Of a DNA stretch of 64,000 nt, positions 24,512-37,285 are shown one piece after another (within the stretch, counting starts at the first letter, position 1; each line of letters starts with the position of its first letter). Source of the DNA: Carcharhinus amblyrhynchos (Eukaryota). Made by a program: the position numbers and the translations under genes. The stretch is from the NCBI GenBank assembly GCA_965287045.1, contig OZ336881.1, positions 50,902,001 through 50,966,000 of the forward strand, given 5' to 3'. The notes under the pieces were generated by a model. It had not been told where the DNA came from. It worked only from the letters and a program-made list of their open reading frames with translations, and searched no databases.

Positions 24512-27500
24512 GTGCACTCTGTATTTCTTCAGCAAGTTCGTTCCTTCCACATTACCTGACCCTAGTTATGATTTGCTTTACCACATGTCTTCAGTTGGAA
24601 ATTTGGCCACACAAATTTCTCTTACCACTGAGGAAATTCTCTTGTGCATTGAGCTGTGGTCTTTGTGACATAACTCCACTGCTGATGTTTCCAGGTGCTC
24701 AGTGGAGACGCAACAAAAACTTGCTTCCTGGTGTCTAATGCTGGTGGTATGTAACTAGGCACTGGGTTCTTTTGGACTGTCCAGCCATCTTGTGATGTAG
24801 TCTGTAAGGGACAATTGTATTTTTTTGCCTCTTTAATAGCTGACCCATTAATACCTCAAAAATATTGCAAGTGGAAAATAGCATATTGAGCTTTATTGTT
24901 GCTGCTACCCCTACCACCACTATACCTTTCTTTACTAATAGTTAGTGCCTCAGTTTTTATGTTTCCTAATCCATATGCACTGTGTATATACCTGCTGGTT
25001 CCCTTCTGTAGATACTTTGCCATTTTGATGTTGAGTGGTTTTCCAGCCTCTTGTCAAATGAATCCACCATTCTCCAGATATGAGAACCCATCTCCGATAT
25101 TTGCTACCCACTGCTGTCCTAGTCTGAGAATTTTGTGCACAAGCCTAAGAGTAGCAAGATTTGACATAAACAATTCCTTCTTGCAATTCATAACCTCTCC
25201 TCCATCCAGACATATGAAGTACAATGTTTCATCACTTCTGACGTCTTACTTGGTGCAACCTCATTAACATTTCTTCTGTATGTTTGTAACATTCTGTGTG
25301 GATGTATCTTTACATAAACCTTCCCTTGTGCATCTATTTCTCCTGCTCCAACATGACAATAATGTTGATCTGTGTGCTGCTCTATAAACACCTTTTCCAA
25401 ATCTCCAGCCAGAAAGAGGACGCAGTGACATGCTACTGTATTGATCACTTTCCTGAATATTATATGAAAGCAGGATAAATTCCATCCTCCACCTAAGGTG
25501 ATTCTGCATCTCTACATTCACCTAACATCTAGGCCCAGATATTCACTCCCAAGGTGGGTGCAGGGTTGGGAAAATTCCTGGAATTGCACATCCACTTCAG
25601 AAAAAACAACCCTAAATTGCTGGATTTTAATTCCAGTGGTCCAATGTGTGCTAGAGTTGGGCTCATTGCTCTCCAGAAGCAGTCTGGAAGTAGGAACAGG
25701 GGCAGCTGAGTGTTGTGGTGAATTGCTTAAAATGCCACCTTAGTGTTGTGGAACTTGGTCCCTATTATTTAAAAATGTGGTAAGGCCCTCCAGACCTCTC
25801 ACCCCCCTCACCCACTCTCCATGACATCACTATGTCCACACATGCCCACCGTGACAACTCATGCCTCCACCAAGATCACTCATACTCTCCATGCCAGCCT
25901 ATGCCCCTCTACTGACCCCATGCTAATTCATGCCAATCCAGGACCTCACCCTTTGCACTTAGTTTCCATATCAATCCACCCAGTATCCAATGTGAAGTGA
26001 CCTCGGAGGCCGTGCTGAGATAAAATAAAGTTCTAAGCATTGATTACAGACTTTATAGAAAATAAATTCCAATTCATTATAATTAAATCCCTCCCAGTAC
26101 TTAATTCCTTATAAAAGCAATCATTGTATTCATAGCCCCACATCAAAGACAGCTAATCCTTTAGTAACCTCTTGGAGCTGTCAGTCAAACGGTGATCTTG
26201 GAAGGCCCCACCGTGATAGGTTGTGGAAGCAATCAAGCAGTAATAATACTATAGTTAATGCTTTCAGGCTGTTAACAAACAGCTGTCGAAATTGAAAATG
26301 TCATCTTTTATAAAAACTCTTGAGATAAAGCAAGCTGTTTCTCTTCAAAATTTAAAGAGCAGGGAATTTAAATAACTTGACAGTTTGGTAGTTCCACAGA
26401 CCTTAGCCCACTTTTATGCACATTCACATCTGCTCTTAAAAATCATAAATCTCTCTCTCTGCAGAAAACTGACCTCACTCCAGCAAGAAATTAGCTCTAT
26501 CTGAACTCAGCGCCAAGTTCAAATGACCCTGTTGAGTTTGGGGTTCCTATAAGTGTCAATTGCATCTCGTCCCCTTTCCCACCTCTTCAGCAAAAATAGA
26601 TCTGCTAGAAATGAGGTGATACTTCCAGATCTAGGGACTCAGTGCCATATTGGTTGAGGTTAAGTCTACATGAAAATTTGGCTCTAGACTTTTGCTGAAA
26701 TAGTTTTTATGCGACTTTTGTTCTTTCTTTTTGTTGACAACTATTATCTTGCACTGCAAAGCCAGAGGTTTAGATCTGTTAAAATTAAAAGTGATTAGGT
26801 ATCTCATTAGCTGCTTCAGAAGCATGGAAAACCCATATTACTAGTGCCATGAGCTGTGATTGCCTATCCTTTGTTACTAGTTGGACTTGACACTTAGAGT
26901 AATTTTGTTTGCTGATCCTTTCGTCACAGCAAAAGTATTTTATGTCTGTTTTTAATAAATTGAGGAACATCTCTTTATTAATAGCCATTCTGCATTTTAC
27001 TGCCAGAAGAAGCATAAGAGAGAAACTTCCAAATTTCAGTTGCTGCTGCCAGGAATAAACTAGCTATAATGATCTGGTAATAAAAGACTATACACATTCT
27101 CCAAAGCTGTTAATGACTAATAAAGGTGGAAAACATCCAAATTGAAACTGGCTTTGTATCTATATATGTTAAATTAAAAATGTTACATTCACACGCATAT
27201 CCTGTTAACTCAACTTGGCCTGAAAATTGGGCTGCATAAAGCGTCAAGTTTTCAGGTGCCGTGAAGCCTCCAGTCCACAAAATGCAGGCAGGAAGCAGGC
27301 ACACATTTTCGGCCATTTTAGATAAACTTAATAAAGAGACATCCTTGACCAAAGCTTAACACTTGCTTGAGGGTCGCACTGCGGGACTGTTTAACATCTG
27401 AAGCAGCTCCTCACCTCCCCCCACCATCCCAGCAATATGGCAGACTGCGCTCAGAAACCAGCCTTGCAAATGCCTGCAACGAATATGTGTGGCTGGGCTG

Positions 27501-29532
27501 GTGATTGCACATTAAAACAACATTTCTCCTCCTTTCCAACCACAAGGTCCCCAACATCTAGGCTCCCTGTGCCCAGGATTCTCAGCCCTCAAGCCTAAAT
27601 GTTGTGGGTTGCTATTGCTTCCTTCTGCACATCCAGGCTGTGAGTTGTCCCAACTAACGATCAGTCACCCTTCCTCCCCCTCCCAACCCTGACGTGCATT
27701 ATCTCTACCCCTTGAGTCTATGGTCTTTCTCTGAGAACATAAAATAACTGTGGTCCACAACCACACTTTCAATAATCCAGTCTTCCTCAACTTGCCTTCT
27801 TGGACTCCTCCCACAGAGCTGTTCCTATTCGAATGAGGTCCAAGGTCCAATACCTGAAGTTGCTCGGACCTCTTCCATGCATGTGCAGGTAAGTACCTGT
27901 TTCAATGGAATGCCCAAAATGAATTCTGTGAAATGTCTCCGCTCTTGATGCCTTGTCACTTTTTACTGTTATAAGTTGCTGGTTCACGTTTCTAGTGGAC
28001 TTAGTACAGGTGAAAGTTATCCCCATATTTTCAGTATATATATTTGAAATGGAAGAACATAAAATATTACTGTGAAGGGAGAAAGAAACAGGATTAGAGT
28101 AGATAGAATAGAACTGGCACGTACATGGGTATGATAGCCTAATTAGTTTCTTTCTATCCTATAATTTCTATGAATCATAACAGTGTTATGGAACACCAAC
28201 AGATGTCCATGGTTTATGTAACCACAGTGCATCTCCTCTTCTATCCTCGCAATGAAGTGAAAAATGTACAGGACTCCAAACAGGAACCAGGATTTAGTGA
28301 TCTTTGTCTCTGGCGAGGCCTGGGCTTTTCACTCCCCAGTTGTTTAGGGTGCATCTCTGCCAGACAGGACGTCTGTCCACACATTTGATTTTCAGCCTCA
28401 ATGACAATTTGCATACTGGAGGCAGTTTCTCTAGTTTCTGCCAGAGGATAGATTTCTTGCACAGGAGGCCTTGAATATTTTTAGGAAAACCTTTTTGATC
28501 CCTGTCTTGGGTCCACTGCACGCACAACTCAAGTCACAAGCTGTGGCTGCCAGGAAAATATTTCATCTCCCTTCCATCAATCGTTTAGTGCCAACGGCCT
28601 GGATCAAACAGGGTAGACCTTTCCTCCAGCAGCATTGGAAATGGTGAGAACCATAAATGGTGTTGATGTTCCCATCATTTGCATAGAGTTTACATAAACT
28701 TGCCTACACATGCATCACTATATTCTCTGGCAGTGAGATTAGTCTTCCAGAAAAGTAGTGGAGCTATGACAGGGTATGCTCCTGATCACCTTTCCCTCCT
28801 ATTGCCCCAGGTGTGCCGGTAAAAATAACCAGCAGTGGAAAGCCAATGCCACTTTGTAAACAAAACCCATGCTATGGGCTGAGTTTAGCTTCACTGTGCA
28901 GCTTCTGACTGAAGGAGCTGATCTGTTGGGAAGTAAATTGACAAGTAAGGCAAATAGTGGCTCCTGTCTCTGTGAGAATGCAATGTGTTGTGCAGTGTCC
29001 CACATCTGTAGCACTGCTTTGTCATTTCCATCTTGGGTTGCAGATCTGGAGGTGAGGCATCCTAAACTGGAAGAGGAGAAAAACCTCCTCGGAATGCAAA
29101 GTGCATGTCAGGGTGCAATCCCTTTAAGAACCAGCAGTGTTATTGTCTGAATTATCTTTACTTCTCACAGGCAAGTCAGTTTGAGATTTTCCCAAGGTGA
29201 AAGTTTTACAATTGGTGACCTCATGTTCCTCCTTCTGACTTGCATGCAAACTGGTTGCAGAGACCAAGGAAAAGAGGTAAAACAAGAAAGAGGAAGTGAA
29301 AAGTGGAGAGAGAGAGAAATGTAAATGAGCACATAGTGTAATAAAAAGAGGGGGAGGACTTGGAAACTGGGTGTGCAATGAGTTCAAAATGTGCAGAACA
29401 TTTGGAGGTTGGATACAGTGTTTCATCATGAAGATGTGATCCACTCGCTAGCTATTATGCAAAGATCTAGTCCATTACGCCAAAGGTTCAATTCCTATCT
29501 TTAAATTAAGCAAAGTTTAAGGCGGGGGAACT

Positions 29533-29672
29533 TGGGGTGGGATTTTTTGGCCACGCTCACCCCAAAAGTGGAAAATACCACCCAAAGTCAGCAAACTTTT
29601 GCATGATCTGACCACCACCAACTCCCCCACCCGCGACGGTTTCCACGGCTGGCGGGATGGGTAAATTCCACT
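29533..29672. mobile_element. Short non-autonomous TIR element (MITE-like)
   Basis: GC-rich ~140 bp with imperfect inverted ends gggtgggattttt...gtaaattccactc; similar units near 15115-15250 and 16494-16620. Confidence 0.5.
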
Positions 29673-31509
29673 CTTGGAGCCTTGACAGGATTGATGCATA
29701 TATTCAGCATTCTAAATGGATATCAGATTTGGCAAAATTAGCATGCAGATGTAACCTCTGTTTGCTGCACTGCACCAAAGTTTTTTTTCTGATGTTGGGA
29801 TATAGTGAATGTGGATCAGAATTTGATTGTGGGATTTGTTTTGTTGCCTGATTTATAGATTTTCTTGTCTTAGCCCTCCCTTCCTAAAGATGGTGCAAGA
29901 TTATTAGAATCAACAACAATGATCCTACAGACACTGTAAATATAATGAAATGTGCCCTCTACTTATTATAGTACTTACATTCTTCTTATAGTATTGACCA
30001 AAGGTAGAGACCAAGTCCCAGAGTTGTCATGTCTCTTTTCAAATCTCATTTTGCACCAAATACTTAACATTGGAGCATGAACGTATCATTCTCCTCCTTC
30101 TCCGCCGCCCTGGCCACCCTCCCCCCTGCCACCCGCCAATCCCACTGCACTCACCCTTGGGCCAGTTGAGGCCACTGGGTGGCCAATTTATGGCATCCTG
30201 CCACCACCTTGCAGATTTTACTTGTGATGGGCAGGTGAGCAGCAGGTGTCCAGCCCACAATGTTACACCTGGACCAGTAGATGGGCAAAGGTGGGAGTGT
30301 CTCCTTTTCAGGAACCATTGTGTCCATCGGAGGCCACCCCCCCCCCCCCCCCCACCCCCCGCCTCCCCACCTCGTGCAACCATGGTAATCTTTGCCCACG
30401 TTCCCACATATACCTTAAAAGTGCAGGTTCCGTCTCCTCTTTGGGGCTGCAGTGGCCACCACTCTTGTGGGTGCTACTGAGACAAGGTAGTTGTTGGCTC
30501 TCTGGCCAGCTCTTGGAGGCGGGACTATTCTTGGAAGGAGTAGAATGCCTGCCTTTAGCTGATTAAAGCCCAAGAGCCATTAAATCAGTGGTAGGTGAGC
30601 CAATCCTGCACAAGTGGGCTTGCCACCAACCTTGGTGATGGGAAGGGGGGAACCACTCCCAGTGTAAAGTCCAGCCCACAATTTAGTAGTGGTTAACTTG
30701 ATATTCAACCTGGCCATTTAGCAGCAACAGAAAACTGCATTGATAGAGCACTCCTCACATCAGTCTTTAAACAGATAAATGCATTCTGAATGAGCTGCAA
30801 TTCATAGGGAGCGAAAGCAGATAAATTGATCCGGAAAGCATTTGCGAAGCTGACCTTCAAGCGATTTGCAATCTCCCATTGTGGCAGAAACATGAGGAAG
30901 CAGAGTTGTTTTTACCTTGGTCTTGACGACCAAACAGAAGAAAATCAACTTGGGGTCAAACCACAGTCACCACTCGATCTCCGTTGACCTGTGATGACAG
31001 TCAGGAAAGTTAATGGAATTGAACAGAGGCACATGGAAGCAAAACAATGCCTCCTGTTTTACTTACATTGTTAGAAAAAGTTTTGATTTGTTCAAGACTT
31101 GATATTGGTTAGGTAAATTTGGAAATAAAGTCCTGAAGTCGCACAGGTATCTTCAAATTTCGATCACCTGAAATGAAAGAGAGGGATAAAGGTAAGCTAT
31201 CAGTCAGAAGATAGAGCAATGAATGATGAATGGCTGGTGAAAGAAGTAAAAAAGGAGAAAGAGGATACATGTGCAATGTCTCCTCCAGTGTTGCCACTTG
31301 CCATGTCCATGTCTCTTCACCCTGCCCAACAGCCAATGAGTGGCGTTGTCCACGGCGGCTGCATGCTGAACCATCCTAATAGGTTCCCAGCAAGAATTTA
31401 AATGCTGCCATAGGCCACGTGCACAAGTGTGTGCACCACTTGCCCAGTCTCTTACCTACTCATTTTTGGAGGTGGTTCAATTCTTGAGCCATAATGTCTG
31501 ACATTTTGC

Positions 31510-31670
31510 AAAGGAAGCTCATTTAAAAAGTACTTGGATCTTTATCTGAAATGCTGTAATCCGCAAGGCTACAGACCAGGTGCTGGAAAATGGGATTAAA
31601 ATGAGCGGCTAGTGTTCTTTCCTTTCAGCTGGCACAGACAGTGGACTGAATGGCCTCTTTCTACACCATG
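31510..31670 (+). mobile_element. CR1 3' end fragment
   Basis: tttaaaaagtacttggat...gctggaaaatgggatta...ggcacagacagtggactgaatggcctctttct. Confidence 0.65.
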
Positions 31671-32557
31671 GTTCTAACCCATGTTGCCATTTGCACTCGT
31701 TGCAGAGTAGTTTGTTCAGAGCTGACCACTTGTTTTTACTGGGAAGGGGTTAAAGTGCGGATTGACTCCAGCTAGATTCTAATCCTAATTGCAGGTTAGT
31801 GGTTTTAAATTGGTGTATCTCATTCACTTTCATGGGCTCTGCCAGCTTAAGACAGCTGAGCACTGAGCATAATCGAGCTCCCGGACATCCAGTATTATTT
31901 AAAGTGGCAACACAAAGCTTTAATCAGGAAACCATACAATCAGCAGCAAATTTAATGTCCCTTGTATTTCTGACCAAAGCGTATAAAAGTTGTGCAGTAT
32001 TTCAAAATGTAAAGATTACTTCAAGATACTTTTGAAATATTTTCCTTACAGTTATCACCACTGCTGTTTTTTGTAGATTTTATGCAATATTTTGAACTTG
32101 GTACCCACATAGGTCATGGAAATTATATCCTACCACCTTTCAAAGGAACAAAAACCTACTTAATCGTTCACATCCTAGTAGTTAGTTCAGTTTTGAGACA
32201 ATTTGCAGTCTACTTGTGTTTTCTATGTACTCTCTCTTCACATTTCATTGTGGATGTATACCAGTAAATGAGAAGTGAATGCACTGTGGAGAAACCAGTC
32301 GAGGGATATTGTGGCTTTGCTGTGGGCAATATTATAGGCACTATATTACTGATGAGCTTTCTCTCTGGTGCATACTTAACTCTTTATTTGCATCATCCTG
32401 AATTGCTCTGCACAGAATAATGTGAATTGTTGCTATTGTAATCCAGTAAAGAGAAATGGTTTTGCTTCTTTTAAAGAAGTCTGCAGGATTGCCTCAATTC
32501 ATGTGCAGCTGCCAATTGGTTAGCATATGTTTAAGCTAGTCTTTGCTTATTGGTAAT

Positions 32558-33178
32558 AAAAAAGCAAAAATGCTGGGAAAACTTAGCAAGTCAGGCAGCG
32601 TTTGTGGAGAGAAACATTAATGTTTCAGGTAGAATGACCTTTTCATCAGAGCTGAAGAATGATAGAAATTTAAGAGTTGCCATTGCATCATGAAATCTTT
32701 TGTTATTTAATCACCGCTGCCCTCAGCGCCAGGGATCGGGGTTCGATTCCCGGTTTGGATCACTGTCTATGCAGAAGTCTGCACGTTCTTCCTATGTCTG
32801 CGTGGGTTTCCTCTGGGTGCTCCAGTTTCCTTCCACAGTCCAAAAGATGTGCTGCTTAGGTGCATTGGCCATGCTAAATTCTACCCTCAATGTACCCGAA
32901 CAGATGCCGGAGTGTGGCAACTGGGAGATTTTCACAGTAACTTCATTGGAGAGTGTCAATGTAAGCCTACTTGTAATACTAATGAATAAACTTAACAGTC
33001 ACAGAGATTCATGGGTTTAAAAACTCAGTTCTATCGCTCTTTCGTTCTAATGGAAGGTCAGTTGACCTGAAATGTTAATTCTGTTTCTCTCTGCTGATGC
33101 TGTCTGACCTGCTGAGTTTTTCCAGCATTTTTTTGATTCTATTTCAGTTTTCCTGCTATCCGCAGTATTTGCTTTTGT
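32558..33178. mobile_element. Penelope-like inverted terminal-repeat relic with a SINE inserted between the arms
   Basis: 32566-32650 is an imperfect reverse complement of 33046-33130; both arms carry hammerhead-like motifs. Confidence 0.65.
32712..32993 (+). mobile_element. V-SINE-like element, tail type B
   Basis: B box gggttcgattccc, core gcgtgggtttcctctgggtgctccagtttcc, tail ttttcacagtaacttcattg...gtaagcctacttgt...aataaac. Confidence 0.88.
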
Positions 33179-35104
33179 GCGTTTTGCTTATTATTATTTC
33201 TGGCAGATACTTGAGTCACTTCAGAATCTTGCTGCACAGCAATCAATTGAATGAAATAAAAATAATGCTTTCCAGGCAGCTCCGTACTGCCCCTCGAGCT
33301 AGTGCCATGCAAATCGGAGTTGCCAAACAATGGCACACTCGTAGCTCCCAGCCACTTGAGTATAGTCCATGTGGTGCGCTATGTTGGTAAGAGCACTAGC
33401 ATGGTCTGGGCACTTCCAAACTGGGCAGATTGTGATACCAAACAGCCTCTTGGAATTGATTTGATGCACGCATTGCCAATTTGAACCTCATAGATCCAGT
33501 TAGCGCCATGTCCTGAACATTCCCAGCTGAAGATGCTTTCAGCTTTGAGGCCTCCCTCATGAATGTTGTTTAAAGGGCTCACCATCCGAGCTACAGATGA
33601 GGTACTTCTGACTTGGTGCTTCCACTAATTTTGCAAATACAAATATAACGTTCTCTTGGAGTGTTTTGGTGACTTGTTGGACTATTGTTGCTGCATCGTG
33701 AAAAGGAGACCAGTGCAGTTTTGGGCCCTGGACACAAAAAGCCTGCTGGAGTTATGAGGGCTGTGGGGGGAGGGGGGATTTTCTGGCAGCACTTTCTTAT
33801 CTCCATCATAACCAGGGGCTATATTAGAGATGCCTATGATTCAACAAGGAAATAAGTGGTGCTACTTCCTGCAATAGGGCAAGGATGGCACTGCCAGCGG
33901 TCATCAGGGACATCTTTGTGCTGAGCTTCTGTGGAAGTAGATCCCCCCAGCTACGAACAGGTGACAGCCAACATTTCCCTGTTTGCTGTACACTATTGAA
34001 TAGGTGGGGGGGGGAGGTGACAGGTGCACTGTATACCAAAAAAGGAGACTTCATGATCTTTTCTCTTACCATATGGACGTAAGATAAGTGGATGCTTGAT
34101 TTTACCAGGATGGCAAGATGCCCAATAATGCAGGGAGCCATCTGTTGCACTGGCTCTATCCAAATGCATTTGGTGAGAAACCATGTGAAATTTGGAACGA
34201 AACTCTTCCCTGATTCTTGACTGAAACAAGAGACTGCCAGCAGGCCTTACAAAGTGCCCAGCATCTGGTCTGCATGCTATTCAGTCCTCTCCTATACACC
34301 ACCCCATCAAAGTCCTCATCTGAGTCCCCTCTAGCAGAATTCATTTGCAACCTGGTCTTCTGGCAACTGCGCCATCAGTTCCCCCTGGCTTGGCTGCATC
34401 TCATTTGTGCCTGGTGATTGACTGCTTACAGAATCTGACTCTGTAAGATGAGTTGTACAAATATTTGAGCTGGGGACTGCAATCATCATATCAAGTACTT
34501 CTTCCTGAGTGGTCTTAAGCAGATTTCATACTTCCTCATGAGGCTGTAGTGGATGGCCAAGTGCTGCTACTTGAGTATCTGAAAGTATAAATGCAGAAGG
34601 GAAGAGAAAGAGGAATGGGTGGAATGTGAGAAACCCATGATCACGCCATCTCCAGTTTTCAATTCATGCCAGGTAGCAGAATGAGGATGAGAGTTGAAAG
34701 GAAGGAATAAGGCAGAATGTTCTTGGTGATGCTGTGTTCTCTACAGCCATCCCGATGGTGCTGAGCACTGCCTCACTTAGAGGGCTCGGGTAATACAGCC
34801 TCCCTCGAGTCCTTTCTATGAGCCACCTTGTTCTGTAAAAGAGAAGGAAGAATATCAGAGATTCTGTTTGGGTAGTGTTCCTATCATGGCTGAAGAGTTG
34901 GAGCTATTTGGAAGCAGTGAGGTAGGTATGAGACTGGCAAAATTGGAAAATGCGTAAGGGCGAAGTAGAGCTTCTGCTTAAGTGATTGGATGTGGTGCAT
35001 TGAGCAGTGTGAGAGGTTGGTACAGTGGATAGGATCTGTCCTTTGAAGGTGCAATCACTGATTTTGATCACGTGTGAGGTCTTTGAACTCCATGTGGTAC
35101 TCCT

Positions 35105-35400
35105 TTTTATGTTCATTCAAGGGATGTGGGTATCATTGGCTAGGCCAGCATTTATTGCCCATCCCTATATGCTCTTGAGAAGTTGGTGGTGAGCTGTCTT
35201 CAAGAACCTCAGCAGTCCCAGAGCTCTAGATATACCCACAGTGCTGTCATAGAGAGAATTCCAGGACTTTGACCCAGTAACACTGAAGGAATGGTAATAT
35301 ATTTTCAAGTCAGGATGGTGTGTGGCTTGGAAGAGAATTTGCAGATGGTGGTATTCCCAGGTACTGCTTCAGTATTTGAGGAGTTGCAAATGGTGCTGAA
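35105..35400 (-). mobile_element. 3' fragment of the second CR1-group LINE
   Basis: ttcattcaagggatgtgggtatcattggctaggccagcatttattgcccatccct...tttcaagtcaggatggtgtgtggcttgg. Confidence 0.72.
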
Positions 35401-35589
35401 CAACGCGTAAAGTTACCTGTTACGAGGTTCTCGGGAATTCAGCTACCTCGCCAACTGCTCCCTCCTTTCTCAGGGTTTGCCTTCAATGCCTTCTGACACT
35501 CTGCAAACATTATCTCTGGCTGATCATCAAATTAAATACTATGATGCCACCTGCCACCTACCACCACCTCCTCCACCCCCCCGCTTTCT

Positions 35590-35990
35590 CCCTCCCCTCT
35601 ATCCTTAAAAGCTTTTTCTAATTCCTTCTTGAAATCACATCACGTTTTGGCCTCAACTACTTTCTGTGATAGTGAATTCTACAGATTCACCACTTGCTGG
35701 ATGAAGGAATTTCTTCTTACCTTGGTCCTGAAAGATTTACCCCTTATCCTCAAACTATGACCCCTAGTTTTGGATTCCCCCACCACTGGGAGCACTCTTT
35801 CTGAATCTACCCTGTCTAATCCTGTTAGAATTTTATGTTTGTATGAGATCCCGTCACCCTCTTCTAAACTCCAATGAATATAATCCTAACCGACTTGGTC
35901 TGTCATGTAACTACCCTGCCGTTCCAGGAATCAGTCCAGTAAACCTTCGCTGCACTCCCTAAACAACAAGAACATCCATTCTCAGATAAA
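35590..35990 (-). mobile_element. CR1 ORF2 C-terminal fragment
   Basis: gaattctacagattcaccac, ttctaaactccaatgaata and aaaccttcgctgcactccct are collinear with 13230-13620. Confidence 0.78.
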
Positions 35991-37129
35991 ACCTCATATT
36001 AATGCCTTCTGTGCTGTATCAGAAAACCTGGGAGTCCTCAGTCTTGCCTGGTGTTTCATTTGGTCTTGCAGGTCATTCCTGCACAATCAACAGCAACTTC
36101 CTTATAATGAACGTAGCTCTCCATTAAAGAGGTGCAGGGTAACTGAAACATGTGCTCGCCATGTTGTCACCTTGACCAGTGTTGAACGCTGAAGCAGCCA
36201 GCAACATGTGTTGCCTCATCTGAATGTTATAATCGTTCAAATGGGAAAGCACCATAAAATTTATGCATCGCTTATCTCAACATGACCGGGTCATAGAGTA
36301 AGAGAAAGTAGTAACTCCAGAGCCCAAAAATAGAAGCAACTGAGTTCTTCTCTCTCTGGGTTGTATCAGTGGGTGAATGCCACCTAACATTGAATTTACT
36401 GTAAGGATTTAATCCTAAACTTTTACACATTTTTATGTGGTATTGTGATGGTTCCTTTATGGGCAACATAGCAGAAGAGGGTCATCTGACTTGAGGGAGC
36501 AATTGGACAAGAATGGGTAAATCACCCAAGGAGGTGAAGTCTTCACTTGGTAGGGGCATCTAGAAGACACTAAGTGACGTGGGCTGCTCCAGGGTAGCTG
36601 TAGTGGGAGGAGTGGGGTGCGGCTGCCAGCCTCTGCACAGTTTGCCCATATGAATATATCTTTTGTATTTTTGACAAAGTCAGTGAATGTGCATCATTAC
36701 ACTGGCAATGAGGATAAAATAAATTGTTGATGACACTGCCTGTGGCCTAACACCTATGAGTATCCTATTTTAATCAAAGTCTGAAGAAAAGAAATATTCA
36801 CCCTAATATCCGTGTTTGGGTGAATAGACCCATTTGGGATGTTGCGATATTGCCAGACCCTGAGGGACAAAAGCAGAGCAAACCTGAATTAGCCGGTGCA
36901 CAGAAGTTTAGAAATGTATAGAAAGAAAGAACAGAAAACAACCCTCAGAAGCTAGAGTTGTGATTTTGAGTTTAAGAAAAATAGAACTTGTGTTGAGGAA
37001 AAAGAGTTGCTACAAAGTTGTTTAAAAAGAGAACGCATAAAGCAGTGTCGTAAGTAAAGAAGAAATACCCCCGGACTGTAACCTAGCAATGATAGCCTGG
37101 GGGGGGGGGGGGGGGGTCTCTTCTGTTTA

Positions 37130-37285
37130 AAGTAACAGCGCAGAAGGAACTGTTCAGCCTATCTTGTCCATGCCAGCCCAAGGTCACACCTTGCCACACC
37201 CAGGCATCCTTTCCAAGTTCCCCTTCCTGCACCCGGCCCAGAGCTATGCAGCTGAAAGCATGATCAAGATCCACGTACTCCATAC
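37130..37285 (-). mobile_element. CR1-type 3' end fragment
   Basis: aacagcgcagaaggaactgttcagcctatcttgtccatgccag resembles the CR1 tails seen elsewhere in the window. Confidence 0.5.

Noticed and set aside
30039-30566. Proline/glycine-rich overlapping ORFs
   Set aside because: Arise from a poly-C run in GC-rich, repeat-like DNA; no domain or splice support.
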